The notes beneath the pieces are model-generated. The model was not told the DNA's origin. It ran no database searches and worked only from the letters and a program-made list of their open reading frames with translations. A stretch of 64,000 nt of DNA from Eledone cirrhosa (lineage: Eukaryota), in assembly GCA_964016885.1 (NCBI GenBank), contig OZ024747.1:89404001-89468000 (forward strand), read 5' to 3'. The translations under genes and the position numbers were made by a program. This document shows positions 1 through 12,750 of the stretch, piece after piece; positions within the stretch are counted from its first letter, which is position 1, and each line of letters starts with the position of its first letter.

Positions 1-77
1 CCTTATATATATACAGCTTGACACACTTAGACATCTTTACAACCTATATATAGACCATCCCACCTATATATATATGT

Positions 78-260
78 TAAGTTATTCCGGGTTGAGTTGG
101 AGGTAACCACAGTAAGTAAGGTACTCAATACATAGCAGAGTATAAAAGTGTTAATATAGAAGAGCTTCTACAGGACTAGAACTGTTTCATTCGTGAGAAA
201 TCATCAGGAAGCTTGTGATGATTTCTCACGAATGAAACAGTTCTAGTCCTGTAGAAGCTC

Positions 261-266
<6 letters not shown>
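78..266 (-). mobile_element. Short HHR-bearing retroelement end (Penelope pLTR/retrozyme-like) with fold-back duplication
   Basis: HHR plus ~85-nt tail (ATTAA...GTATTGAGTACCTTACTTACTGTGGTTACC), also seen at 13800-13900, 40846-40938 and 62210-62339. 216-266 is an inverted copy of 156-206. Flanked by (TA)n. Confidence 0.7.
163..213 (-). ncRNA. Type I hammerhead ribozyme (family A), intact core
   Basis: Minus strand reads AGCTTC-CTGATGA-T.TTC(TCAC)GAA.T-GAAA-CAG(TTCTAGTC)CTG-TA-GAAGCT. This gives stem I of 6 bp, CUGAUGA and GAAA core, stem III of 4 bp and a GUA cleavage triplet. Confidence 0.85.
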
Positions 267-312
<46 letters not shown>

Positions 313-316
<4 letters not shown>

Positions 317-614
317 TACTAAAACTCTGTGAGTGTGTGCTTGTCTAATTTAATACAGCCAAAATGGTGAATAATGGGAAAATACTTTGAAAGGGAGTTG
401 CCCCTGAAATGGGAATACAAATGGAATAAAACAAGTTTCGTGTAAACTGGAGCATGGGTTCCTGAGATGTAGGGTTTTTCCGGGTACCTTCATAAATAGA
501 GAAAGAGATAGGGGTTATAAGCGAGTAGATTGAAAAAGAGACATAGAGAGAGAAGGAGACAGAGAGAGAAGGAATGTCTAAGTGTGTCTGGCTGTATATA
601 TAAAGGTGGTACGG

Positions 615-650
<36 letters not shown>

Positions 651-1078
651 GGTGGGAAGGTCTATATATATAGGTAGGATGGTCTATAATATATGTATAG
701 ATTATATATATATATACATATATTTAATTTGAAAACCATGTTTATTACAATATTTAGTTTGAATTTTATCCATGCACGCATTCGGCAAGATTACCCATAT
801 TTCAAAGTTATTGTTTTAAGAATAATTATAACACAAATTACCGTCTTCCATTGATGATTTTCATTTTAATCCTTAATCTATATACTTTAACAATAAACAC
901 GAGAAAAATCGATGAAATACCTGAACAGTATAGAAATATAAGCGATGGCAGACAGATAATGTGTTCGGGTATCTCAAGCTAAACACTTTTTACATTGTGT
1001 ACAGTTCAAATGTCAAATAATAGATAGATCGTTATATACACTAGCAGAAAAACCACCCATCGGGTGGTTTTCTGCTAG
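313..1078 (+). mobile_element. Non-autonomous Helitron-like element
   Basis: Starts after (TA)n with TACTACTAAAACTCTGTGAGTGTGTG and ends in a GC-rich hairpin followed by CTGCTAG (1041-1078). Confidence 0.4.
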
Positions 1079-1684
1079 CATGTGTAGTGTGTATATTGAT
1101 ATTATACGTAAGTATATATACATGTAGATATGATACATCAAATAAAATCGTAATTGACAATATATAATACATAGAAATTGAACGAAGACTGCGTTACACT
1201 CTCTTATTTAATCAGTAACGTAATCCATGATACATTAAAAAAGACGATATTATATATAAACTGCATTAGGAGAAAATTAGTGACAGAAAATTAGTATGTT
1301 TATTTAAGCGATGGCTAACCGGAAGTGTTGACATTTCAGAAATTTTAAAGAAGTGAATCTTTAAATAAACAAAATATATTTAATCAACAGCCACGAAATT
1401 TAGTAGATAAATTATGTAATATTCATTCATTATTTATTCAAAGTGTTTAAAGTTCCAGTAATACACTGGGATAATTGGTGGCCTTGTGCCAAAAGTAGAA
1501 ACAATTATTTATTCAAAGTAATCCAACTGATTTTACAAACGGGGTAAAAAAAATACACCGTACGCAGTCCCACCAGACCTTCCTTTATTATATATATATA
1601 TATATATATATTAAAATATAAGTATTAATAAAATAGATGTTCTTTTGAAGAGAGAGAGAGGGGGGGGGGTTCTTTTGTTAAAGT

Positions 1685-2329
<645 letters not shown>

Positions 2330-2414
2330 TTAACGTAAAAGAGAAAATAAAGACTTTACAAGATTAAAGAAACAAAAAAAAAATTGAAATATTAAAGTGT
2401 ATTGCATAAAATCC

Positions 2415-2502
2415 GGTGTCAACATGAAATTATTAAACAAAGCAACACCTGAACACTAAAATATTCCTTGTTCAATAATCATCTTATAACGCTGCCCCGC
2501 CC
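2415..2502 (-). promoter_or_regulatory. Putative MORN5 promoter elements (forkhead-like site, RFX half-site, GC box)
   Basis: TAAACAA at 2434-2440 adjacent to GCAAC, and CCCCGCCC at ~2495-2502, 200-280 bp upstream of the ATG. These are short motifs and may be chance. Confidence 0.25.
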
Positions 2503-3409
2503 TAGTCATAGAGCCTACTAACCTCCCCTCCTCTCCCTTCTTCTATGGTCTAATATTCCTTGCTTTTTCCTTCCTTTTCCTCTCTTTTCCTCTCATTTAT
2601 AGTCCGTTCCTCTACTTTCCCATACGGCCAGATCAGCCCTTCTTTATCCTGTTTATTACTTAATTTTGTTTTTATCTTCATATATATTTTTTTTCATATT
2701 TCAATCATTGTATAACGTATTTTTGTAAAATATAGTTGACATAAACCACTCTTTAACCCCCCCTCACCAAAAAATAACTTAGATCCTAAAACATCATTTC
2801 TTCACCTCTAATGAGTAACGAAATATTTTTAGAGTTATCTTCCTTGTTTGTTGTTGTTGCTGTTTAGGTTTCACACACCGCTAGGGTGGGTGGATGTTGT
2901 ATACAAATTGCACGGATAGTGTCAGTTTACAGAAGCTATTCAATTCACCATAACGTGTATTTAGGCAAGAAAAACGTTAACCTGAGGTATTTTCACAATC
3001 GACATCATTAGACCCCCCCCCTCTCTCTATATATATAGATGTATGTATATATATATATGTATGTATATATATATGTATGTATGTCTATGTGTGTGTGTCC
3101 ACAGTACTGAAGCGGAACCCACTGACCCCCCAGGCACGCCAGAGACCTGTGCACATATGTGCGTTCTTATGTTGCATCAAGTTGTCAGAAGTTGTCATGC
3201 TTTTGACACAACTGAGGGTCCTCTCAACCCTTTGTTTGGTAAGATTTCTATAGCTGTATGCCCTACTTATTTCCAACAACTTTACAGCACATACTGAGTG
3301 TGTTTATTGTGTAAGTCACCAGCACTAAATATATAATTTTCGATGATTTAGTGTCAAAGGAAAAAAACTAATGATAAAATAAAAATATATTTTTAAAAAT
3401 GAGGCTCGT

Positions 3410-3495
3410 GTGGGTGTGTGGCCCTAAGCTGTGGGTGTGTGGCCCTAAGTTGTGGGTGTGTGGCCCTTAGCTGTGGGTGTGTGGCTCTAAACTGT
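3410..3495. repeat. 21-bp tandem repeat x4 inside a DNA-element-like end
   Basis: GTGGGTGTGTGGCCCTAAGCT units at 21-bp spacing. Confidence 0.85.
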
Positions 3496-3762
3496 AGCTT
3501 ATTTAGCTTATAGGGCAGCAACAGACGGTATTGTCTCTCATTAACTACATAGCATTTATCCTTTTTTTTTTCTAGCTAAATATAAATACTTATTTACAAC
3601 AAAATAAAAAAAAAGAAAAGTAAGGTTTTGCTCTTGCCACCAGTTACCTATCATTGTCCATGTGGTTAATTATTTTTACATATATTTCATTACTGCACTA
3701 GGGCTTGATGAACACAACCACAAGGATATAGTCCGAACGTGTGGTGTGGTAAATAGATATAT

Positions 3763-5758
3763 ACAGCAAAAAGCACCCAGCCCACACTATAGAGTGGATG
3801 TGTAAAAGATACAGCAAAAAGCACCCAGCGCACACTGTATAGTGGACATGTAAAAGACACAGCAAAAAGCACCCAGCGCACACTGTATAGTGGACATGTA
3901 AAAGACACAGCAAAAAGCACCCAGCGCACACTGTATAGTGGACATGTAAAAGACACAGCAAAAAGCACCCAGCGCACACTGTATAGTGGACATGTAAAAG
4001 ACACAGCAAAAAGCACCCAGCACACACTGTAAAGTGGATGTGTAAAAGACACAGCAAAAAGCACCCAGCACACACTGTATAGTGGATGTGTAAAAGATAC
4101 AGCAAAAAGCACCCAGCACACACTGTATAGTGGATGTGTAAAAGACACAGCAAAAAGCACCCAGCACACACTGTAAAGTGGATGTGTAAAAGATACAGCA
4201 AAAAGCACCCAGCACACACTGTAAAGTGGATGTGTAAAAGACACAGCAAAAAGCACCCAGCACACACTGTAAAGTGGATGTGTAAAAGATACAGCAAAAA
4301 GCATCCAGCACACACTGTAGAGCGGATGTGTAAAAGACACAGCAAAAAGCACCCAGCACACACTGTAGAGTGGATGTGTAAAAGACACAGCAAAAAGCAC
4401 CCAGCACACACTGTAGAGTGGATGTGTAAAAGACACAGCAAAAAGCACCCAGCACACACTGTAAAGTGGATGTGTAAAAGACACAGCAAAAAGCACCCAG
4501 CACACACTGTAAAGTGGATGTGTAAAAGACACAGCAAAAAGCACCCAGCGCACACTGTATAGTGGATGTGTAAAAGATACAGCAAAAAGCACCCAGCACA
4601 CACTGTAGAGTGGATGTGTAAAAGACACAGCAAAAAGCACCCAGCACACACTGTAAAGTGGATGTGTAAAAGATACAGCAAAAAGCACCCAGCACACACT
4701 GTAGAGTGGATGTGTAAAAGACACAGCAAAAAGCACCCAGCACACACTGTAAAGTGGATGTGTAAAAGACACAACAAAAAGCATCCAGCGCACACTGTAT
4801 AGTGGATGTGTAAAAGACACAGCAAAAAGCACCCAGCACACACTGTAGAGTGGATGTGTAAAAGACACAGCAAAAAGCACCCAGCACACACTGTAGAGTG
4901 GATGTGTAAAAGACACAGCAAAAAGCACCCAGCACACACTGTAGAGTGGATGTGTAAAAGACACAGCAAAAAGCACCCAGCACACACTGTATAGTGGATG
5001 TGTAAAAGACACAGCAAAAAGCACCCAGCACACACTGTAAAGTGGATGTGTAAAAGACACAGCAAAAAGCACCCAGCACACACTGTAAAGTGGATGTGTA
5101 AAAGATACAGCAAAAAGCACCCAGCACACACTGTAGAGTGGATGTGTAAAAGACACAGCAAAAAGCACCCAGCACACACTGTAAAGTGGATGTGTAAAAG
5201 ATACAGCAAAAAGCACCCAGCACACACTGTAGAGTGGATGTGTAAAAGACACAGCAAAAAGCACCCAGCACACACTGTATAGTGGATGTGTAAAAGACAC
5301 AGCAAAAAGCACCCAGCACACACTGTAGAGTGGATGTGTAAAAGACACAGCAAAAAGCACCCAGCACACACTGTATAGTGGATGTGTAAAAGACACAGCA
5401 AAAAGCACCCAGCACACACTGTAGAGCGGATGTGTAAAAGACACAGCAAAAAGCACCCAGCACACACTGTATAGTGGATGTGTAAAAGACACAGCAAAAA
5501 GCACCCAGCACACACTGTATAGTGGATGTGTAAAAGACACAGCAAAAAGCACCCAGCACACACTGTAGAGTGGATGTGTAAAAGACACAGCAAAAAACAC
5601 CCAGCACACACTGTATAGTGGATGTGTAAAAGACACAGCAAAAAGCACCCAGCACACACTGTATAGTGGATGTGTAAAAGACACAGCAAAAAGCACCCAG
5701 CACACACTGTAGAGTGGATGTGTAAAAGACACAACAAAAAGCATCCAGCACACACTGT
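3763..5758. repeat. 48-bp minisatellite, ~41-42 copies
   Basis: Unit CAGCAAAAAGCACCCAGCACACACTGTA(A/G/T)AGTGGATGTGTAAAAGA(C/T)A. It runs directly into an RTE 3'-UTR-type tail. Confidence 0.97.
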
Positions 5759-5917
5759 CAACGTGGTTGGTGTTAGGAATGACATCCAGCTATAAAAAAC
5801 CAGCCAGAAACACTCCTATATGAGCGAGACGCGGTAACCCAACCCAACTTGCCTCTAAATGGGACAAACCTGTCTAATCCATGCTAACGTGGAAGATAGA
5901 CGTTAATCGATGATGAT
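5750..5917 (+). mobile_element. RTE-LINE 3'-UTR-derived repeat end
   Basis: GTGGTTGGTGTTAGGAA..CATCCAGC...AGACGTTAA(TCG)ATGATGAT, same as 47380-47520, 53980-54140 and 59880-60042. Confidence 0.75.
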
Positions 5918-5944
5918 ATATACCAGGTCTGAACACAGAAGAAC

Positions 5945-6130
5945 CAAGCTCCCATTGTCACTGCCTCTATCTCTCTCGCTCTCCCCAACTCCCACTATTA
6001 TGAGCAAATGGGAGTCCAATTGCTGGCTGCCCTGTGGCTCCAGTGGACTGGCTGCTTTGTGGTCCTGGCAGACTGGCTGCCCAATGGCTCCGGAAAACAG
6101 AAGCACTGATGTCAGCTTTTCATTACACAG
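5945..6130 (+). repeat. Unclassified interspersed repeat (3 copies in window)
   Basis: CACTGCCTC...CTATTATGAGCAAATGG similar to 33225-33420 (+) and 50780-50875 (-). Confidence 0.45.
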
Positions 6131-8079
6131 ACTTTCTCGTTAGGACTCTAGCAACTCAACCACATCATTTGAAAATGTCAAATGTCTTGCTGAATTAGAT
6201 GTAAAGATTTTGCAAGTGGAAAATTTGTCAAGTCATGGATGGATACATTCTTTGCCAGTAGTGTAGCTAGGATAGAAGAGAAAGAGAGGAAAGGAGAGTT
6301 GTGGGAGGGGTGAAGATAGTGAGAGGAGAGGAGATTAGGAGAGGTAGGAGAAGAAGATGAGGAAGAAGAAGGGGATAGGAGGGGAGGTAGAGGGGGAATG
6401 ATACACAAGTAGGAGCTTTAAGTTCAAATCAGTAACATTTCTTTCAACTAACTATAATCATACAGTACTTTTTCCCATCTCACTTCTCCTAGGTTTCCAT
6501 AAGGGCAAAATTAGATTTACAGTTTCTATCCTGAAATTATTAGTCATACTTTGCAATTTCCACAAGTGCAGAAATCTGGAATCTGAGTTACCAAAATTTG
6601 TGGAATACCTGTAACTTGTTTACCATTATGTTGCTCCAGAGGCTGGCTCTTCAGTTAGAAGTCATTATAGTTTCTTATAACTTAGCCTTGAGCTTGTTTA
6701 TTTCAAATTATTCTAATTCAAGCCTACTTAAACAAATTCTAAATGTCTTGCACAGAAGGTTAGTACAACACAACTTCAACTAAAATTGAAATCGTATAAA
6801 ACATAATATTATATTGCATTTATGACATAACATGACAAACTTCCTAGTATTGGTGAGTGATCTACATGATAAACGTACCCTGTACTGTGGTTGGTGAGGA
6901 AGGGTGTCTAGCTGTAGAAAAAAACCTGCCAAACAAAGGGATGGGAGGACTGTTCAGCTGTGTCAAAGACATGACAACCTCTTTAGTGCTGGTACCACGA
7001 TAAACTGCACTCAGTAGAGAGCAGAAAGTAAGTGTGGTGTGGAGCCCAATCCAGTTTAGCATTCAGTAGAGTGTGAGAATGTATGTAAGAGGATGCCAGC
7101 CCTCAGTCCATCTGAGATGTTAGTAGCTCCAACTGAGTATTGACTTGGTCTGTGACAGGAAGAATGGGCACTACACTTCTATATATAAAAAAAGCCCTTC
7201 TTAACCATTCAGCCATGTTGTATCCACCCAAATTATGTAGCATCATACAGACACTATCACCCTCCTATTCCCACCCTGCAAAAGTTTCGGAATGTCCCAT
7301 CCTTAATATCACTAATTTACATATTCTTCATTTCAACTCTCAACATGTATTCAGATGGTTACACACAACCCTCACACTACCAATACTGGTTTAACATACA
7401 AGCTAAATAAGCTATAGCTTAGGGTCACACACATACACTTGGGGGTCTAATTTTAAAATTTATATTTTTATTTTATCCTTAGTTCTTATTCTTTAAAACT
7501 AAATCATAAAAAAGTATGTATATATAATTTATTCTTTATCATTAACATTAATATAAAAAATAGGGAAAGCAGATTTTAAAATGACAATGATGATGATGTA
7601 TAATTAAAATTTTTTTACCTGAATCTTTTTAGAAATGGGCCTCAAATTTCATATAGTTTAAGGGTCTCAGCAGGTGAAAGTCCAGCCCTGTACACTACTC
7701 ACAAACATTATAGAAAGAATATATGATAGCTTAAAAAAAAAAAAGGAATACACACTATTTTACTACTGACATCAACAAAGTGTTCGTATCCATTGTCCAC
7801 GATCCACTTATACATAAGTTTCTTAAAGAGTTATTAAGTATTTATATATAAAATACTTAACAACTCCTTAAGAAATGATACAAGATGTTGGCTAATAAAT
7901 CTCTCAAGTCACCAAGTATATATAAACAAGACAACCAGGATTTCCACTTTCCCCAGTGGAGTACTGCAAGGATCTGTTTTCTCATTCCCTCTTTTTGATC
8001 TATACAATCTATCTTCCCCAGACTGTTTTAATCCTTTAGCATTTATATTACTTTATATTTACTATTGTATTTTCATGAG

Positions 8080-8527
8080 CATGGATACATTAAAGCTCTG
8101 ACATCTGGCAACTGACTTGGTAGACACCCACAAGATTATCAACCTTCTTTCCAATATCAACCCTGGACACCTCTTTCAATTCCATATGTCTAACACCTGT
8201 GGACATCCTTACAAAATCAGAAAACAGTACAGTTCCCATGACCTTTGGAAACATCTTTTCATGCTCAGAGTTGCTGAAGCATGGGACAAACTACCTGAAT
8301 CTGTTATTAGCTGTTGGGATGTTGCATCCTTCAAAACTTCCATGCTTCCCAAAATTCACAACACTACACCTGATATTCTCCGTCCATTCACACGCATGCA
8401 TGTGTATGTGTGTATATATCATGACTCATACACTATTCATTTTCTTGACATTTGAACATTATTCTATGTGCTATACATGCACCTGAGCACTGTACACAAT
8501 AATTTTCATTATTATTATTATTATTAT
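8080..8527 (+). mobile_element. CR1/L2-type LINE 3' fragment
   Basis: SNTCGHPYKIRKQ...LRVAEAWDKLPESVISC...SFK is the CR1 ORF2 C-terminal motif (TRGH..K...RV...WN.LP). Ends in (ATT)n. Confidence 0.85.
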
Positions 8528-8656
8528 TTTCTGACACCACAGAAAATTCCCAGGCTTGGGTACAATGTACATCCTGCTCTTCTTTCTCACTGGCAGTTGC
8601 TTCACTAGAAATAAAATATCTGTAGTTCTGCATTTTATTCAAACTAACTCAACTTC

Positions 8657-8980
8657 CGCGGTGGATTGGCAGTATCGGTAGAGGGTTGGACGCCATGCTT
8701 TCCAGCATAGTTACGGCCCTTTATGATCTGAGTTCAAATCCCGCCGAGGTTAACTTTACCTTTCATCCTTACGGGGTCGATAAAATGAAGTACCAGTAAT
8801 GCACTGGGTTATTGCTGGCCTTGTGTCAAAAAGTAGAAACAATTATTAAGTTTCTATGTTTCAATTATTAAGTTTCCAAGGTTAACTTTGCCTTTCATCC
8901 TTACCAGGTCGATAAAATAAAGTACCAGTAATGTACTGGATATTTGCTGGCCTTGTGCCAAAAGTAGAAACAATTATTAA
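8657..8980 (+). mobile_element. tRNA-derived SINE family 1 (full copy plus partial tandem copy)
   Basis: A box TGGCAGTATCGG, B box GAGTTCAAATCC, body TTTCATCCTTACGGGGTCGATAAAAT. More than 15 copies in the window. Confidence 0.85.
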
Positions 8981-9127
8981 GTTTCTATGTGGCTTCTTGA
9001 TCTGCTAGAAACTGCAGTCAAACATAACTCAAACTTCAACCTATTTAGAGGACTAGAAGAATAATTACGAAGGTAGAGTAGTTATATAAGTGTGTGTAAT
9101 AGACAGGTAGATATATATGCCCGTGTA

Positions 9128-9412
9128 CAGGGTTGGATTTAGACCCGGGAAGGGGGGGGGGGGGGTCATACACAAAAAAAATTAGAATACACAGCAAACC
9201 CCCAATTTTACATACCAAAGTTAGCTTGGCGCAAGTAATTGGAATTGAAAAGTTATACATACAGGTAGTAAATTCAAAAATTTTAACTATCCTAAAACTA
9301 AAAAAAACCAGCTGAGGGTCCAAATAAATTGCTACGGCCGTCGCTAGCGGGGCCTCGCACTGCAGGGGGCGCGGTGCAGTTGCCCACTTTCTCCCATATT
9401 AAATCCGGCCCT
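9128..9412. mobile_element. hAT-like MITE
   Basis: Imperfect TIRs CAGGGTTGGATTTA ... TAAATCCGGCCCT. Confidence 0.5.
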
Positions 9413-10404
9413 TCCAGTTTGTAGACCTATTTAATGAATGTTAGACGGAATAAATATATAAATAAGTATCAGGAAATATTCATAGATAAACAGATTGAAA
9501 GAATTACGGGCATAATAAATTAATGCATAGATATAAATATAGACATGTGTAAGTGGAACAAAATGTGTATCTAAACATGTACATACATATGTGCACCGAG
9601 GAGAGAGAGAGAGAGAATTCCTTAGTGAAAATCTCAGTAAAAAAAAGAAAGCATTTATTATTTTTCTTCCAGTAAAATGTCAACAAAAACCACAAAAAGA
9701 CGAAAAGAATTTAGTATGTAAAGGGAAATAACTCATATTGACATTAAATTTTCTCCATGATAGATTTCCACCACTTTTAAATTAATATGTGATGTAAAGA
9801 GGACGATAGATTTGTAGATTCGACTGAGCTACAGATACAAAGAAAATGTCTTGCACCCCTTTATGTTCTGAGTTCAAATCCTACCTAAGTCTATTCCACT
9901 AGTCAAGTACTGCGTTCATTTAACCCATTTATGGCTGAACTTCTAATCAAATACATTCTATTCCAATTAATTAATTGTTTCTACTTTTTGGCACAAGACC
10001 AGCAATTACTCAATACATTACTGGTACTTTATTTTATCGACCCCGTAAGGATGAAAGGCAAAGTAAACCTCGACGGGATAATTAATGAAGAATTTGGAGG
10101 GATTTACTAAAATTATTGCTTTATTACTAAGATAGTAGCGTAACATATGGTTCTTATATAAAATTATGCTGGAAAATTTAAATTTGAATAGGAATATTTT
10201 AAAATGTCTGGTTTTGGTTTTCGTTTTGGTTCATACATAGTATTAGAGCCAGTTTTAGCTGGGGTGGTATCAAAAGAACGATTAAACGATTGCTCCCACC
10301 TCCACAAATTATGTTCTTATTGGGAAACTTTATATAAAGTAGCATATATAGTACACATAATGTAATCGGTATATTTTAGCTGCGGAGGTGTTAAATGTCT
10401 TTTT

Positions 10405-10652
10405 TTCCAACAACAACCCTGGGCATCTTTTTGAATTCCATATGTCTAACACCGGTGAACATGCTTACAAAATCAGAAAACACTACAGCTCCCATGACTT
10501 TCAAAAACATTTTTTCACGCTCAGAGTTGCTGAAGCTTGGAACAAACTATCTGCATCAGTTGTTAGCCGTCGGGACACTGCATCCTTCAAAACTTCCATC
10601 CTTCCCCAAATTCACCAACACTACACCTGATATTCTCCCGCCATACACACAC
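10405..10652 (+). mobile_element. CR1/L2-type LINE 3' fragment
   Basis: NNPGHLFEFHMSNTGEHAYKIRKHYSSHDFQKHFFTLRVAEAWNKL, paralogous to 8080-8527. Confidence 0.85.
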
Positions 10653-11167
10653 CTTGAATCTCCAGAAAAACCTTTCTTCTATTGAAATGATCTTCAATCT
10701 GAACATAGCATTGTTTTGAAATCTACAGGGACAAACATGATTGAGATTCTAGACATCACTGACAACTGCTGTTATCATCAACATATTGATCTGGTCAAAT
10801 TTCAATTGAGCAAAACAAAATTCATGTTTATTCTAAATCAAACAAATTTTCAGTACAGCTTGCTTCAGGAAATCTGAAAAACATACTAGTGTAACAGTTA
10901 TCCCTGAAACCAATGAAACAAATATCACTGTAACTAATACAACTACTAGTGATTCTGTCATTTCTTGAGCAGAAGATGGAAAAATAGTTCCACAGGAATA
11001 AATAAACAACGAGGGGGGGGGGGGGGGTACCACCTATTAGAATCATTTGGACTAATCCCCATATGTTTCTGTGAACGTATCTACCGGCTTTCCCACTGAT
11101 TACATGCATCTCATTTATCTGCATGTAACTTCACACACACACATACATACATGCATACATACATACC

Positions 11168-11438
11168 TTTTGTAATCCAAGAACAGGAAATCAACATGAA
11201 ATACCTGATTCACAAAAGAGATGCAGATGCAGGCAAAACACCTAGATGTGATAACAAGTGCAGACTCTGCAGAATTAACATCGAAGATGTCACCCATGTC
11301 ATAAGAAGCTCTCCAAAGATGTCATCGTAGTACTATTTACCTATGAGGCATGATGTAGTGACCAAAACACTGTACAATGCAATCCGTAGAAAAGATAGCC
11401 TGATAATAAACACATTAAAAGCTACAGCAATGTGGAAG

Positions 11439-11481
<43 letters not shown>

Positions 11482-12503
11482 TGAGGATGTCTGCCTGTGT
11501 GTGTATGAGTTTGAATCCCTAAAACTCGAGAACCACCCAACCGACTGTTTTCAAACTTTACACATATAATACTTATGTTTCAGGGAGTGTTCTGAGCAAA
11601 GAAAATTTCAAATTTTCCATGCCCTAGGGACCACATTAGACGATTTAGCGATCTCTCTCTATAATTCTTAGCCTTTCTCTTTTTAGATAGATACATACAT
11701 ATAACGTCACACCCTTATAATATCTGTCTATATGTCTGGCTGTCTGCATTACGTCACTTCCCTGAGGTATCTGTGTGTGTTTGTCTGTGAGTTTGAATCC
11801 CTAAGACTCGAGAAGTACCCAACCAACGTTTTTCAAACTTTACATGTTTACTTATGTTTCAGGGAGTGTTATGCACATAAAAAAAATTCCTTTTCTTGAT
11901 CCCCTAGGGCCCGCATTAGGTGAAAACCTGCATTTTTCCTGCTTCATCGAGTAAAATCTTAAAGATTATCCAGCCATCAGAGTATTCGGTTTATTTTCTT
12001 TACATATTGTCCAGGCATGCAGTTTTTCCACGATTAGGTCTGTTGGCGGCCCGCGTTCCAAAATACCTTATCCCGTGCAACACCGGGTACCACTGCTACT
12101 ACATAATATGAAAGAGTACTGGTGGAATGTTCCAGTAAAAACCCCAATAAAATGCAGGCATAACAGACCAGATATTATAATATAGGATAGGGAAAAGAAG
12201 GCATGCACAGTAGAGGAAGTTAGCTGTCCAGCAGATGCCAATATAATATCAAACATTAGCGAAAAGGAGAATATTTATGCAGAACTAATGAGAAATCTGC
12301 AGATACTCCACTCTGATTATACCTTCAGATTTATGCCTGTGATTACTTGGGCACTGGGATATGTTAATAACTGCCTCAATACAAATCTTGAGAAGCTGGG
12401 CTTCACAGGAACAGAAAGAACACAACTAGTTAGTAAATTACAAGTACAATCCATTAATGGAACAGTAAAAATATGTAAAACATTCCAAAAATTTTGCATC
12501 TAA
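11168..12503 (+). pseudogene. Decayed RLE-type non-LTR retrotransposon (R4/Dong-like) C-terminus, split by a Helitron-like insert
   Basis: IQEQEI...CRLCRINIEDVTHV...RHDVV (zinc knuckle plus RHD) at 11168-11400, resuming at 12101 with EYWWN...HNRPDIII...EVSCP...EKENIY...PVIT.ALG (PD-D/ExK restriction-like endonuclease). In-frame stops present. Confidence 0.8.
11470..12099 (+). mobile_element. Non-autonomous Helitron-like element with internal dimer
   Basis: 5' TATATAAAACTG after (TA)n, 3' hairpin CCCGTGCAACACCGGG then CTGCTAC/T. Internal repeat 11480-11640 vs 11762-11920. Confidence 0.65.
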
Positions 12504-12711
12504 TAACTGCATATACACATGTACAGATACTAAACATATACACATGCACACATACAACTCAAAACATCCACATCCACACATACAATAACATCCATATTTA
12601 CACATGCATGCATGCAGACATGCATACATATCTACCTAGTTGATGTTGTTAGAAACCGACTCTCTCTCTATTGGCAAAAATTTGTGAAATTATAAAACCA
12701 GAAGAACATAC

Positions 12712-12750
<39 letters not shown>

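Noticed and set aside
208-260. Plus-strand HHR in the fold-back arm (also 13635-13683 and 13770-13820)
   Set aside because: The core C or the 5' arm of stem I is missing at the inversion junction.
3763-5758. CRISPR-like array
   Set aside because: Contiguous near-identical units with no unique spacers, no cas genes, and a eukaryotic context.
3690-5785. 650-695 aa ORFs in all three minus frames
   Set aside because: Artefact of a stop-free 48-bp tandem unit; no unique coding sequence.
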